A program made the position numbers and the translations under genes. This document shows, one piece after another, positions 25,906 through 33,239 of a stretch of 33,239 nt of DNA (its first letter is position 1; each line of letters starts with the position of its first letter). Below the pieces are notes generated by a model. The model did no database searches. It was given only the letters and a program-made list of their open reading frames with translations, and had not been told where the DNA came from. The stretch comes from an uncultured bacterium (GTDB lineage Bacteria > Planctomycetota > PUPC01 > DSUN01): positions 1 to 33,239 of the forward strand of contig CBFDBL010000003.1 of NCBI GenBank assembly GCA_965603035.1, written 5' to 3'.

Positions 25906-28085
25906 GCGAGCAGGACCGCACAACCTGTTCCGTCGGCATCGACCTGGGGACCACGAACTCGTCGATCGCCATCGTGGGCCCGGAGGGGACGCCGGAGATC
26001 CTGCCGAACAAAGAGCAGATGATGTCCACGGTCTCGGCCGTCGCCGCGCGGCGCAGCGCGCCGGGCAGCGAGGGGCCCAAGTACCTCGTCGGCCTGCTGG
26101 CCGTGAACAACGCGCGCCGCGACCCCAAGAACACGGTCCGCTCGATCAAGCGGTTCATGGGGCTCAGCTTCAGGGACAGCAAGACCCAGGTGGCCTGCGA
26201 GCACGTCAGCTACGAGGTGCGCGAGGACACGGCGGCGCCGGGACGCCTGCTGGTGAGCCTGGGCAGCGAGCTGCTGACGCCGGAGGAGGTCTCCGCCGAG
26301 ATCCTGCGCAAGGTGAAGACCGACGCCGAGGCGCGCCTGCGCTCGGGCACCATCGACTACGCCGTGGGGGCTCCCGCCGGCCATCCGGGCACGCCGCTGA
26401 TCACCTGCCCCGCCTACTTCAGCGAGCCCCAGCGGGCGGCGACGCGGCGGGCCGGGCAGCTGGCCGGGCTGCGGGTCAAGGCGCTCCTCGACGAGCCCAC
26501 GGCCGCCGCCCTCTACGAGGGCCGCGGCCGAAACATCGAGCGCGCGCGCATCCTCGTCTTCGACTTCGGCGGCGGCACGCTGGACTTCTCGCTCATCCAG
26601 CGCAGCGGCCGCAGCTTCCGCGTCGTCTCCTACGGCGGCGACAACTTCCTCGGCGGCGACGACATCGACCGGGCCATCGCCCGCCACATCCGCAACCACA
26701 TCCTCGACTCCGGCGGCGAGGTCCGCGCCGACAACCTCCGGCTCGAGTCCGAGCTCGTCAGCATGGCCGAGGAGGTCAAGAAGGCCCTCTGCGGCGGCGC
26801 CGACTCCTACGCGGCCATCGTCCCCGGCGCCTGCCGCACCCGGGACGGCGAGCTGCTGGACGTGGACCTGGAGATCACGCAGGGCGACTTCCTCGACCTC
26901 ATCCAGCCCCTGCTCAAGCGCATCCGCGAGCGGATCGAGGACTACCTCGAGGAGCACGGCCTGAACCCCGAGCAGTTCAGCGAGGTGCTCATGGTCGGCG
27001 GCTCGAGCGCCGTGCCCGCCGTCCAGAGCCTGCTGCGCGACCTCTTCGAGCGGGACGGCCAGACGCGGGTGAGGCTCGCGCAGCGCCCGATGGAAGCCGT
27101 GGCCCTCGGCGCCGCCATCTACGCCAACATGATCCAGGGCATCATCTGCCCCGGCTGCGGCAAGGAGATCCCGGTGGACGCCGAGCAGTGCCCTCACTGC
27201 GGCGCCGGCGACCTCCAGATCGCCCAGTTCGCGATGGACGACTCCGCGGACAGCCCCCAGATCCAGTCGGTGCTGCCCTGGTCGCTGGGGGTGCGGTACC
27301 GCTCGGGGACCAACACCGACGCCTACCAGGTGATCCTCAACCGCGGCCTGCCGTACCCGATCACGGAGCCGAAGGTCGAGAGGTTCTTCATCCCCTCGGC
27401 CAGCGGCTTCTCGGTGAACATCCTGGAGGGCGACAAGGTCAAGGCCTCCGAGAACCGCCCGATCAGCGTCCTCCAGGTCACCCAGATCCCCGCCGACGTC
27501 GCCGAGGGCGACCCGGTGGACGTCGGCTTCAGCTTCACCCGCGACAGGACGCTCTACATCACCCTGCGGTTCCCGACCTCCAGCAGCGACTTCCAGCCCC
27601 GCTGGGCGCTCAAGGCGCCCGACGCCTCAGGCTCCGAGGCCGAGGCGAGCGACCCGGTGCGCGAGCTGACCGACCTGCTGCCGAAGGCGCGCCGGTTCCT
27701 CGACGACTACCGCGAGTTCATCGAGCCGGGCACCCGCAGGAAGCTCCAGGACGACCTGGCCGACGCGGAGGCCGCGATCACCTCGGGCAATGCCAAGGAG
27801 GCCGTCCGTCTCCGCGAGGCGATCCACGACGCCATGCTCGTGGGCGGCGGCGTCGGCTCCGCCCTCCTGCTCGCCGAGCAGACGACGGCGAGCGAGCACC
27901 CAGAGCTGGGCCCGACGATCCAGGAGGCCGCGCAGAAGCTGCGCCGCGCCTACCAGGACAAGGACCCCGATCTCGAGCGCACGCGCATGGCCGTCAACGA
28001 GCTGGTCATGCGCGCGCTCAGCAGCCAGACCGGCATCGGCCGGGGCGGCGAGGAAGGGATCGCCCCGGAGATCATATATCGCTGA
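25902..28085 (+). CDS. Hsp70/DnaK-family protein (non-housekeeping) with a zinc-ribbon insertion
   Basis: GIDLGTTNS, TCPAYFSEPQR, DEPTAAAL, FDFGGGTLD, LGGDDID and MVGGSS motifs; CPGCG-x9-QCPHCG after the NBD; divergent SBD beginning VLPWSLG; GTGA overlap with grpE. Confidence 0.93.
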   Translation: MSEQDRTTCSVGIDLGTTNSSIAIVGPEGTPEILPNKEQMMSTVSAVAARRSAPGSEGPKYLVGLLAVNNARRDPKNTVRSIKRFMGLSFRDSKTQVACEHVSYEVREDTAAPGRLLVSLGSELLTPEEVSAEILRKVKTDAEARLRSGTIDYAVGAPAGHPGTPLITCPAYFSEPQRAATRRAGQLAGLRVKALLDEPTAAALYEGRGRNIERARILVFDFGGGTLDFSLIQRSGRSFRVVSYGGDNFLGGDDIDRAIARHIRNHILDSGGEVRADNLRLESELVSMAEEVKKALCGGADSYAAIVPGACRTRDGELLDVDLEITQGDFLDLIQPLLKRIRERIEDYLEEHGLNPEQFSEVLMVGGSSAVPAVQSLLRDLFERDGQTRVRLAQRPMEAVALGAAIYANMIQGIICPGCGKEIPVDAEQCPHCGAGDLQIAQFAMDDSADSPQIQSVLPWSLGVRYRSGTNTDAYQVILNRGLPYPITEPKVERFFIPSASGFSVNILEGDKVKASENRPISVLQVTQIPADVAEGDPVDVGFSFTRDRTLYITLRFPTSSSDFQPRWALKAPDASGSEAEASDPVRELTDLLPKARRFLDDYREFIEPGTRRKLQDDLADAEAAITSGNAKEAVRLREAIHDAMLVGGGVGSALLLAEQTTASEHPELGPTIQEAAQKLRRAYQDKDPDLERTRMAVNELVMRALSSQTGIGRGGEEGIAPEIIYR

Positions 28086-28108
28086 CGATCGCCTGAGGAG
28101 GTGAGTTG

Positions 28109-29512
28109 ATGAGTAGCTCGAACGGCGAGAAGAGCCCCATCCAGGTTGGCGTCGATCTGGGCTGCACCACCTGCCGGGTGGCGTACCTCTACCCCGGGGA
28201 AGAGAGGGCGATCGTGCCCGTCCCGCTCACCCTCGAGAAGTTCCGGCCCGTCTTCCCCATCCTCGAGCAGGTGCCGACGAACCGCATGTACGCGTCCTGC
28301 TTCTTCCCCGGTCTCCTCCAGCGCCTCGTGCCCGACTTCAGCATCGCAGTCAGCGGCCAGGCGCTGACCATGCGCGATGTCCTGCGCTCGATCCTCGGGC
28401 AAGTGACCCGGGCGGCGAGCACCTTCTCGGGCAGCCCGGTGGACGGGCTGCTCGTGACCCGCCCGACGTGGCTCAATGCCCTGGGGCAGGATCTGCTGAT
28501 CGAGACGTGCGCGAGCCTCGGCGCCGCCAAGACGGCGGTCGTCACCGACGTCGAGTGCATCTGCTCGTTCTTCCAGGAACGGGAGATGGCCGAGGAGGAG
28601 CGTGCGACCGTGCTGGCCCTCTCGGCCGGCTACTCGGGCCTGGGGATGGCCGTCGTGCGCGTCACCCCCCGCGGCGTGCGGGTGCTGGCCGCGGACGGCG
28701 AGCAGGGCCTCCTGGCCGGCAACACCTTCGACTTCGCCATCATGCAGTCGGTCATCGACGGCCTCGAGGATCGCCGCATCGTCTACAGCAACGTGCGCGA
28801 TCTCGGCACCTGGACCGACTTCCAGTACCGGGCCGAGGTGGCCAAGCTCTCGGTCCGCGACACCGACGGCTTCGAGTTCGACGTCCCCACGGCGCTGACC
28901 CCCAGCATCCGCGGGAGCCTGCGGGCGCGCGTCGTCGGCGACGTGTTCCGCACCCACGTGCGGTCCAGGCTCGACCTGGCGCTGCGGCGCGTCGGCACGC
29001 TGCTCGCCGAGGCCGGCGTCGCTGCCGACGAGCTCGAGTACGTCCTCCTGGAAGGCGGCTCCATGCATCTCCCCGGCATCATGAGCGGGATCCGCGAGCG
29101 GTTCGCCTCCGCCCAGGTGCGCCAGCTCTCGCCCGACGCCGTGGCTGGTGGCGGAGCCGTCATGATCGCCGCGCTCGGCACGGGCAGGACCGAGACCGAG
29201 ACGGTCCTCCAGGGCGCCGCCGTCGGCTACTTTCCCGAGGTGGCCGGCGTGCCGGGCCTCGTCGCCCTCGCGGCGGAGGGCCAGCCCGACGGCGTCGCGG
29301 CGACGGAGCAGAAGCCACAGCAGGAAGCGCCGCCCGCGCCAGCGGCAGAGACGGAGCTCGCGCCCGTCGAGACCCTCACACTCGCCGACGTCCGCACCAG
29401 GATCCGCAAGGGGGAGGCCGACCTCGCCCGCCGGGACCTCCAGCGGCTCCAGGAAGCCGTGCGCCGCGAGCTGGCGCAGCTCGACGGCGCGGACGGGCCC
29501 GGCGGCTCGTGA
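28109..29512 (+). CDS. Degenerate Hsp70-family protein, NBD only
   Basis: GVDLGCTT, LAGNTFD, LLEGGSMHLP and DAVAGGGA motifs; phosphate-2 and EPxAA motifs are eroded; no SBD; GGAGG 7 nt upstream of ATG 28109. Confidence 0.82.
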   Translation: MSSSNGEKSPIQVGVDLGCTTCRVAYLYPGEERAIVPVPLTLEKFRPVFPILEQVPTNRMYASCFFPGLLQRLVPDFSIAVSGQALTMRDVLRSILGQVTRAASTFSGSPVDGLLVTRPTWLNALGQDLLIETCASLGAAKTAVVTDVECICSFFQEREMAEEERATVLALSAGYSGLGMAVVRVTPRGVRVLAADGEQGLLAGNTFDFAIMQSVIDGLEDRRIVYSNVRDLGTWTDFQYRAEVAKLSVRDTDGFEFDVPTALTPSIRGSLRARVVGDVFRTHVRSRLDLALRRVGTLLAEAGVAADELEYVLLEGGSMHLPGIMSGIRERFASAQVRQLSPDAVAGGGAVMIAALGTGRTETETVLQGAAVGYFPEVAGVPGLVALAAEGQPDGVAATEQKPQQEAPPAPAAETELAPVETLTLADVRTRIRKGEADLARRDLQRLQEAVRRELAQLDGADGPGGS

Positions 29513-29560
29513 CCGGCTCACCGCGGGCGCCCGGGCCGCGGGCCCGGCGAGGGGAGCCGG
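29513..29560 (+). terminator. GC-rich hairpin after the Hsp70 pair (possible terminator or processing site)
   Basis: CCGGCTC...CCGGGCC-GCG-GGCCCGG...GAGCCGG nested inverted repeat; no U-tract. Confidence 0.35.
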
Positions 29561-29568
29561 GCACGCGC

Positions 29569-29596
29569 TTGACACGACAGGCTTCGTGGCGAGAAT
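29569..29596 (+). promoter_or_regulatory. Sigma70-type promoter of the YbjN-like pair
   Basis: TTGACA-N16-GAGAAT. Confidence 0.5.
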
Positions 29597-29685
29597 GGTA
29601 GCAGCGGCAGCACCGCCTCGGTGCGGCATCGGCGGGAGGCGGCGCGAGGGCGCGTCCGCGGCCGAGCCTGGGGAAAGGGCAAGCG

Positions 29686-30303
29686 TTGGCGATCACCATC
29701 GACCAGGTCGCTCGGGCACTGCGCGAGCAGGACCTCAAGTTCGCGAAGGTCTCCGAGCGGGAGATCCTGTTCCTGCTCGGCGTGGGGGCCCTCAAGCTCA
29801 AGATGGTGGTCCAGTTGATGGAGGACGGAGAGTACCTGGACGTGTCGGCCATGGACCTCGGGAAGTGCCCGAAGGACCACCCGCGGCTGGAGGCGGTCCT
29901 GGGGAAGCTCGCGCACGTGAACTACCAGTACAAGGCCGTGAAGCTGGCCTGGGACCCCAGCGACGGGGAGATCCGCGCTCGCATCGCGGTCCCGCTGGAG
30001 GACAGCCGCGAACTCCCCACCAGCCAGCTCAGGACCATCGTCGAGTTCATCGCGGTCATCACCCGCCGCGTGTGGCCCGAGATCGAGGAGGTCCTGGGCA
30101 AGCCGCCGAGCGAGGGCCGCCGGCCGGCACAGGAGAAGAAGCCCGAGCGCCGCGTCACGGCGCCGCCGTCGAGGACGCCCGCCAAGCCGCAGACTGCGAG
30201 CCCGAAGAAGAGCAGCCCTGCGACCATCATCCTCGCCATCGGCATCCTGCTGCTCGGCGTCGCCGCGATCACGGCCGTCGCCTACTACGTGTTCACCCAC
30301 TGA
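29686..30303 (+). CDS. YbjN/T3SS-chaperone-like domain protein with C-terminal membrane anchor
   Basis: EDGEYL...NYQYKAVKLAWDPSDGEIR pattern, Pro/Lys linker and terminal TM IILAIGILLLGVAAITAVAYYVF. Confidence 0.75.
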   Translation: MAITIDQVARALREQDLKFAKVSEREILFLLGVGALKLKMVVQLMEDGEYLDVSAMDLGKCPKDHPRLEAVLGKLAHVNYQYKAVKLAWDPSDGEIRARIAVPLEDSRELPTSQLRTIVEFIAVITRRVWPEIEEVLGKPPSEGRRPAQEKKPERRVTAPPSRTPAKPQTASPKKSSPATIILAIGILLLGVAAITAVAYYVFTH

Positions 30304-30331
30304 GGCCCCAGCCGCGGCACGGAGGACTGGG

Positions 30332-30985
30332 ATGACCCTCTCGGAGCTCATCGCGTTGCTCGACCAGTGCGGGGTCGAGCACGGCACGCCCGCCGAGGAC
30401 ACGGTGCCCTGCTTCGTCTCGGCCGAGGGGGTGCCGCTGCTCATCGTGGCGGCCGTCACCAGCGACGGCAAGCTCGTGCAGTTTCGCACCGTCGGGCTGA
30501 TGACGGCGCCCCCAGGCAAGCACCGCCGCGCCCTGCTGTGCGCGATGATGGCGATGAACTACTCGCTCAAGCTCGTCAAGTTCGGCATCGACCCCGACGA
30601 CGGCGAGGTCGTGGCCTACCTCGACATCGTCCTCGGTGGCGGCACCCTGACGCGCAAGCAGGTCGAGCGCGCCATGCGCACCTTCAAGGGCACCGTCGGC
30701 ACCGGGCGCCGGCGGCTCCAGAAGATCCTCGACTCCGGCACCGACCCCGGCGCCGAGCAGGACGAGAAAACCTTGCTGGCGCAGCGCCTGCTCGAGGCCA
30801 TGGCCGACAAGGGCCCGCCCCGTGGCACGCGCCGAAAGGACCACGCGGACAAGCCCGCCAGCCAACGCGACCGCGAGAAGGACGAGCCGAGCGGGAAGAC
30901 GAAGTCGGGCGGCCTGTCGGACGCCATCGAGAGGATGATCGAGGAGCTCGAGGACGGCGACATCGACAGCGACGTCGATCTGTAG
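30332..30985 (+). CDS. YbjN/T3SS-chaperone-like domain protein, soluble, with acidic tail
   Basis: SDGKLVQF...NYSLKLVKFGIDPDDGEV...TLTRKQV; paralogous to the upstream gene; GGAGG RBS. Confidence 0.78.
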   Translation: MTLSELIALLDQCGVEHGTPAEDTVPCFVSAEGVPLLIVAAVTSDGKLVQFRTVGLMTAPPGKHRRALLCAMMAMNYSLKLVKFGIDPDDGEVVAYLDIVLGGGTLTRKQVERAMRTFKGTVGTGRRRLQKILDSGTDPGAEQDEKTLLAQRLLEAMADKGPPRGTRRKDHADKPASQRDREKDEPSGKTKSGGLSDAIERMIEELEDGDIDSDVDL

Positions 30986-31051
30986 CGGCTCGCCGCCGCG
31001 GCGGCACCCCCCTCCCATCATGTCCTGCACGACCTGCCCTCCGCACCGCGC

Positions 31052-31912
31052 TCACGCCAGCGCGGCGAGCACGCCCCGCGCGTAGCCGACCGACTCGGCG
31101 AGGCCGGGGAGCAGATCGTCCATGTGCTTCTCATACTCGATGCCGACGACGCCGGCGTAGCCGACCCTCGCCAGAGCGCGCAGGAACCGGGGGATGTCGA
31201 AGACCCCGCGGCCCAGCTCCGTGCTGTGGCCCTTCGCCGCCGCGACGTCCACGTCCTTGAGGTGGACGTCCAGCAGGCGGTCGGCAGTCTTGACGGTGGC
31301 CTCGGTCGGATCCACGCCGGCGCGGAGGGTGTGCCCCGTGTCGTGGCAGATGCCGATTCGCCTGTCCAGGCCCTTGACCTTCTCGTAGATGGCGGCGGGA
31401 TGTGGCCAGTGCCTGTCCTCCGGGCCGTGGTTGTGGATGGCCGCCCGGATATCGTATTCCTGGACCTTTCGGTCGAGCAGGGGCAGCAAGTCCGGTCGGA
31501 TGCTGATGGAGATGAGCTTGAAACCTGCGGCCCGGGAGTACTCGAAGGCGCGGTTGACGGCTGCGTCGTTGCGCATGTAGATGACGCCGCCGCCGTAGGG
31601 CGTGAGGCCGGCCCCCTTCACCTTGGCGATGGCCGCGGCGATCCGCTCGGGGGTGGCCGCGAGCGGGAGCAGGTTGCTGCGGATGCAGATGTGCTCGACG
31701 GCGAGGCGCCGGGCCATGGCGATCGTCTGGTCGAGGTCGTAGTGCTTGAACATATAGGTCGTGAGGCCCAGCGGCCCCGGCGGCTTGCCCGGCCGCGCGG
31801 CACCCGGCTCCGCCGCCCGCGCGCCTCGCAGCGCCAGCGCCCCGGCCACCGACGCTGCGCCGAGGGCGCCCGCGCCCAGGAACCGCCGCCGGCCGTGTCC
31901 GTCCGCGGTCAT
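31052..31912 (-). CDS. Sugar phosphate isomerase/epimerase (xylose-isomerase-like TIM barrel) with Tat signal
   Basis: GRRRFLGAG Tat motif; AIHNHGPED, CHDTGH, DVHLKD and IEYE metal ligands; ATG 31912 with AGGAG upstream. Confidence 0.9.
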   Translation of the reverse strand: MTADGHGRRRFLGAGALGAASVAGALALRGARAAEPGAARPGKPPGPLGLTTYMFKHYDLDQTIAMARRLAVEHICIRSNLLPLAATPERIAAAIAKVKGAGLTPYGGGVIYMRNDAAVNRAFEYSRAAGFKLISISIRPDLLPLLDRKVQEYDIRAAIHNHGPEDRHWPHPAAIYEKVKGLDRRIGICHDTGHTLRAGVDPTEATVKTADRLLDVHLKDVDVAAAKGHSTELGRGVFDIPRFLRALARVGYAGVVGIEYEKHMDDLLPGLAESVGYARGVLAALA

Positions 31913-31962
31913 GGCTCTCCTCGGATCGAGGCTCTGGGGTTCGGGCTCCGTGCCCGAGCGTG

Positions 31963-32958
31963 TCAGGTCAGCGGGCCGTAGCGGAGACCTAGCTGGGGCG
32001 CGAGCCGCTTGCCGTGCTCGAGCAACGCCGCGCGCTGCTCGTCCGTCAGCGGCTTGTACTTGCGGGCGAACCCGACGTTCTGGAGCGCCTGCTCGCGGGT
32101 GTAGGGGCCGATGTTCGCGACGCTGACGCCGGGCAGATCGAGCACGTAGGCCATGGCCTGCGGCAGAAGCTCCGGCTTGGTGGCGCAGCCGACGTAGCCC
32201 TTCTTGTGGAACCGGAAGCCGCCCTTGATCCCCGCGTAGACCTTCATCGCGACGACGCCGACGTTGTGCTTGCGGCACTCGGGCAGGACCTTGGTGTCGA
32301 AGCCGTAGGTAGTGCGGTCGGCGTAGTTGATCACCGGCATGACCACGTCGATCTGCCCGGTCTTGAGCACGTGGAGGAACCGCGGCGGCCGGCAGTGCCC
32401 CGACAGGCCGATGAAGCGCAGCTTCCCGGCCTCCTTCTGCTTGAGCAGGTAGTCGAGCACGCCGTCGGAGGCGAGGACGCGGTCAACGTTCTTGCCGCCG
32501 ACGTGATGGATGTGGACGAGGTCGAGGTGATCGACCTTGAGCAGGCGGAGCGACTGGCTCAGCGACCTCTCGGCGCGTGCGGCGCTGTCGGCCCACACCT
32601 TGGTCACCAGGAACAGGTCGTCGCGGCGCTTGGGCACCAGGTGGCCGAGGGCCTCCTCCGCGTTGCCGTAGATCCGCGCCGTGTCCACGTAGGTGACGCC
32701 GCGGTCGAGCACCTCGCCGAAGAGACGCTCGGCGTCCTGAGTCGCCACGGGGCCCTCGCCGATCGGCGCGGTGCCGAGACCGAGGATCGTGACCTTCGCC
32801 TTCGTGCGGCCGAGCACGCGCGTCGGCAGCGGCCCGGCATCCGCCTGGGCCGCCGGCGACGGCCGCAGGATGGTGAGCGCGCCGCCCGCGAGCGCGGTCG
32901 CCCGCAGGAACTGGCGGCGACTCACGCCGCCCCAAGTGGGCGTCCTGTCTTCTCTCAT
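31963..32958 (-). CDS. Aldo/keto reductase with Tat signal
   Basis: SRRQFL Tat motif; RVLGRT, LGLGT, YVDTARIYG, LVTKV, SLRLLKVDHLDLVHIH and RFIGLSGH motifs; start at ATG 32958. Confidence 0.92.
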   Translation of the reverse strand: MREDRTPTWGGVSRRQFLRATALAGGALTILRPSPAAQADAGPLPTRVLGRTKAKVTILGLGTAPIGEGPVATQDAERLFGEVLDRGVTYVDTARIYGNAEEALGHLVPKRRDDLFLVTKVWADSAARAERSLSQSLRLLKVDHLDLVHIHHVGGKNVDRVLASDGVLDYLLKQKEAGKLRFIGLSGHCRPPRFLHVLKTGQIDVVMPVINYADRTTYGFDTKVLPECRKHNVGVVAMKVYAGIKGGFRFHKKGYVGCATKPELLPQAMAYVLDLPGVSVANIGPYTREQALQNVGFARKYKPLTDEQRAALLEHGKRLAPQLGLRYGPLT

Positions 32959-33031
32959 GATAGCTAGCCCCTCTCCGGGAAACCGGCCCCCCGACGGCCC
33001 GTGCGGCCGCCGACCGAGGTGGCCGGACAGG

Positions 33032-33060
33032 ACCCTAGCGCCGGCCGCCGAGCGTGTCAA
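33032..33060 (-). promoter_or_regulatory. Sigma70-type promoter of the AKR/isomerase pair
   Basis: Minus strand TTGACA-N17-TAGGGT. Confidence 0.6.
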
Positions 33061-33130
33061 GGCATCGCGAGGGCTTTCACTTCGTCGTGGAGTCCCGCGC
33101 TCGGCCACGCGGGCGGGCAGCGAGGCCCGT

Positions 33131-33167
33131 AGAGAAGCTCCCTGGCGTCGCTCGGCGCCAGGGAGCT
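33131..33167 (-). terminator. Intrinsic terminator downstream of the tRNA
   Basis: Perfect 12-bp stem AGCTCCCTGGCG/CGCCAGGGAGCT, followed on the minus strand by TCTCT. Confidence 0.65.
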
Positions 33168-33182
33168 GCTGCATCGAGCGAG

Positions 33183-33239
33183 TGCCGGAGGAGGGATTCG
33201 AACCCTCATGGGGTTGCCCCCACTGGATTTTGAATCCAG
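33183..33239 (-). tRNA. tRNA-Leu(CAA), 3' part; 5' end lies outside the window
   Basis: Minus strand: anticodon arm CTGGA-TTCAAAA-TCCAG, long variable arm GGGG-CAA-CCCC, T arm GAGGG-TTCGAAT-CCCTC, acceptor strand CTCCGGC-A; CCA not encoded. Confidence 0.93.

Noticed and set aside
25405-28085. Housekeeping grpE-dnaK heat-shock operon
   Set aside because: No hrcA or canonical dnaJ; the Hsp70 has a divergent SBD and a zinc insert; the context is TIR/CHAT.

Overview
High-GC bacterial window. Tat-signal proteins and a large secreted CBM9-like/propeller protein suggest a Planctomycetota-like organism (inference only). Left to right: (1) a minus-strand flagellar export operon (fliO-fliP-sORF-fliQ-sORF-fliR-flhB-flhA-flhF-flhG) under a consensus sigma54 promoter, with two unexplained small ORFs inside fliPQR and a degenerate, frameshifted flhG; (2) a probably leaderless SAM methyltransferase; (3) an orphan three-gene cassette resembling T6SS adaptor/effector/immunity, whose effector is a HExxH metallopeptidase with an inserted Cys/His-rich repeat; (4) a 1334-aa secreted CBM9-like/Ig/beta-propeller protein; (5) a ~13.5-15 kb plus-strand cluster encoding a tandem-TIR protein, a TPR-like helical protein, a CHAT (caspase-like) protease, an HPD-less J-like protein, a short GrpE, an Hsp70 with a zinc ribbon in its linker and a degenerate NBD-only Hsp70, followed by two YbjN-like proteins; (6) a Tat-exported sugar-phosphate isomerase and aldo/keto reductase, and a partial tRNA-Leu(CAA). 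Cluster (5) is the best candidate for an undescribed system: a chaperone-gated TIR/caspase conflict or defence system. All calls come from motifs read by eye; no searches were run.
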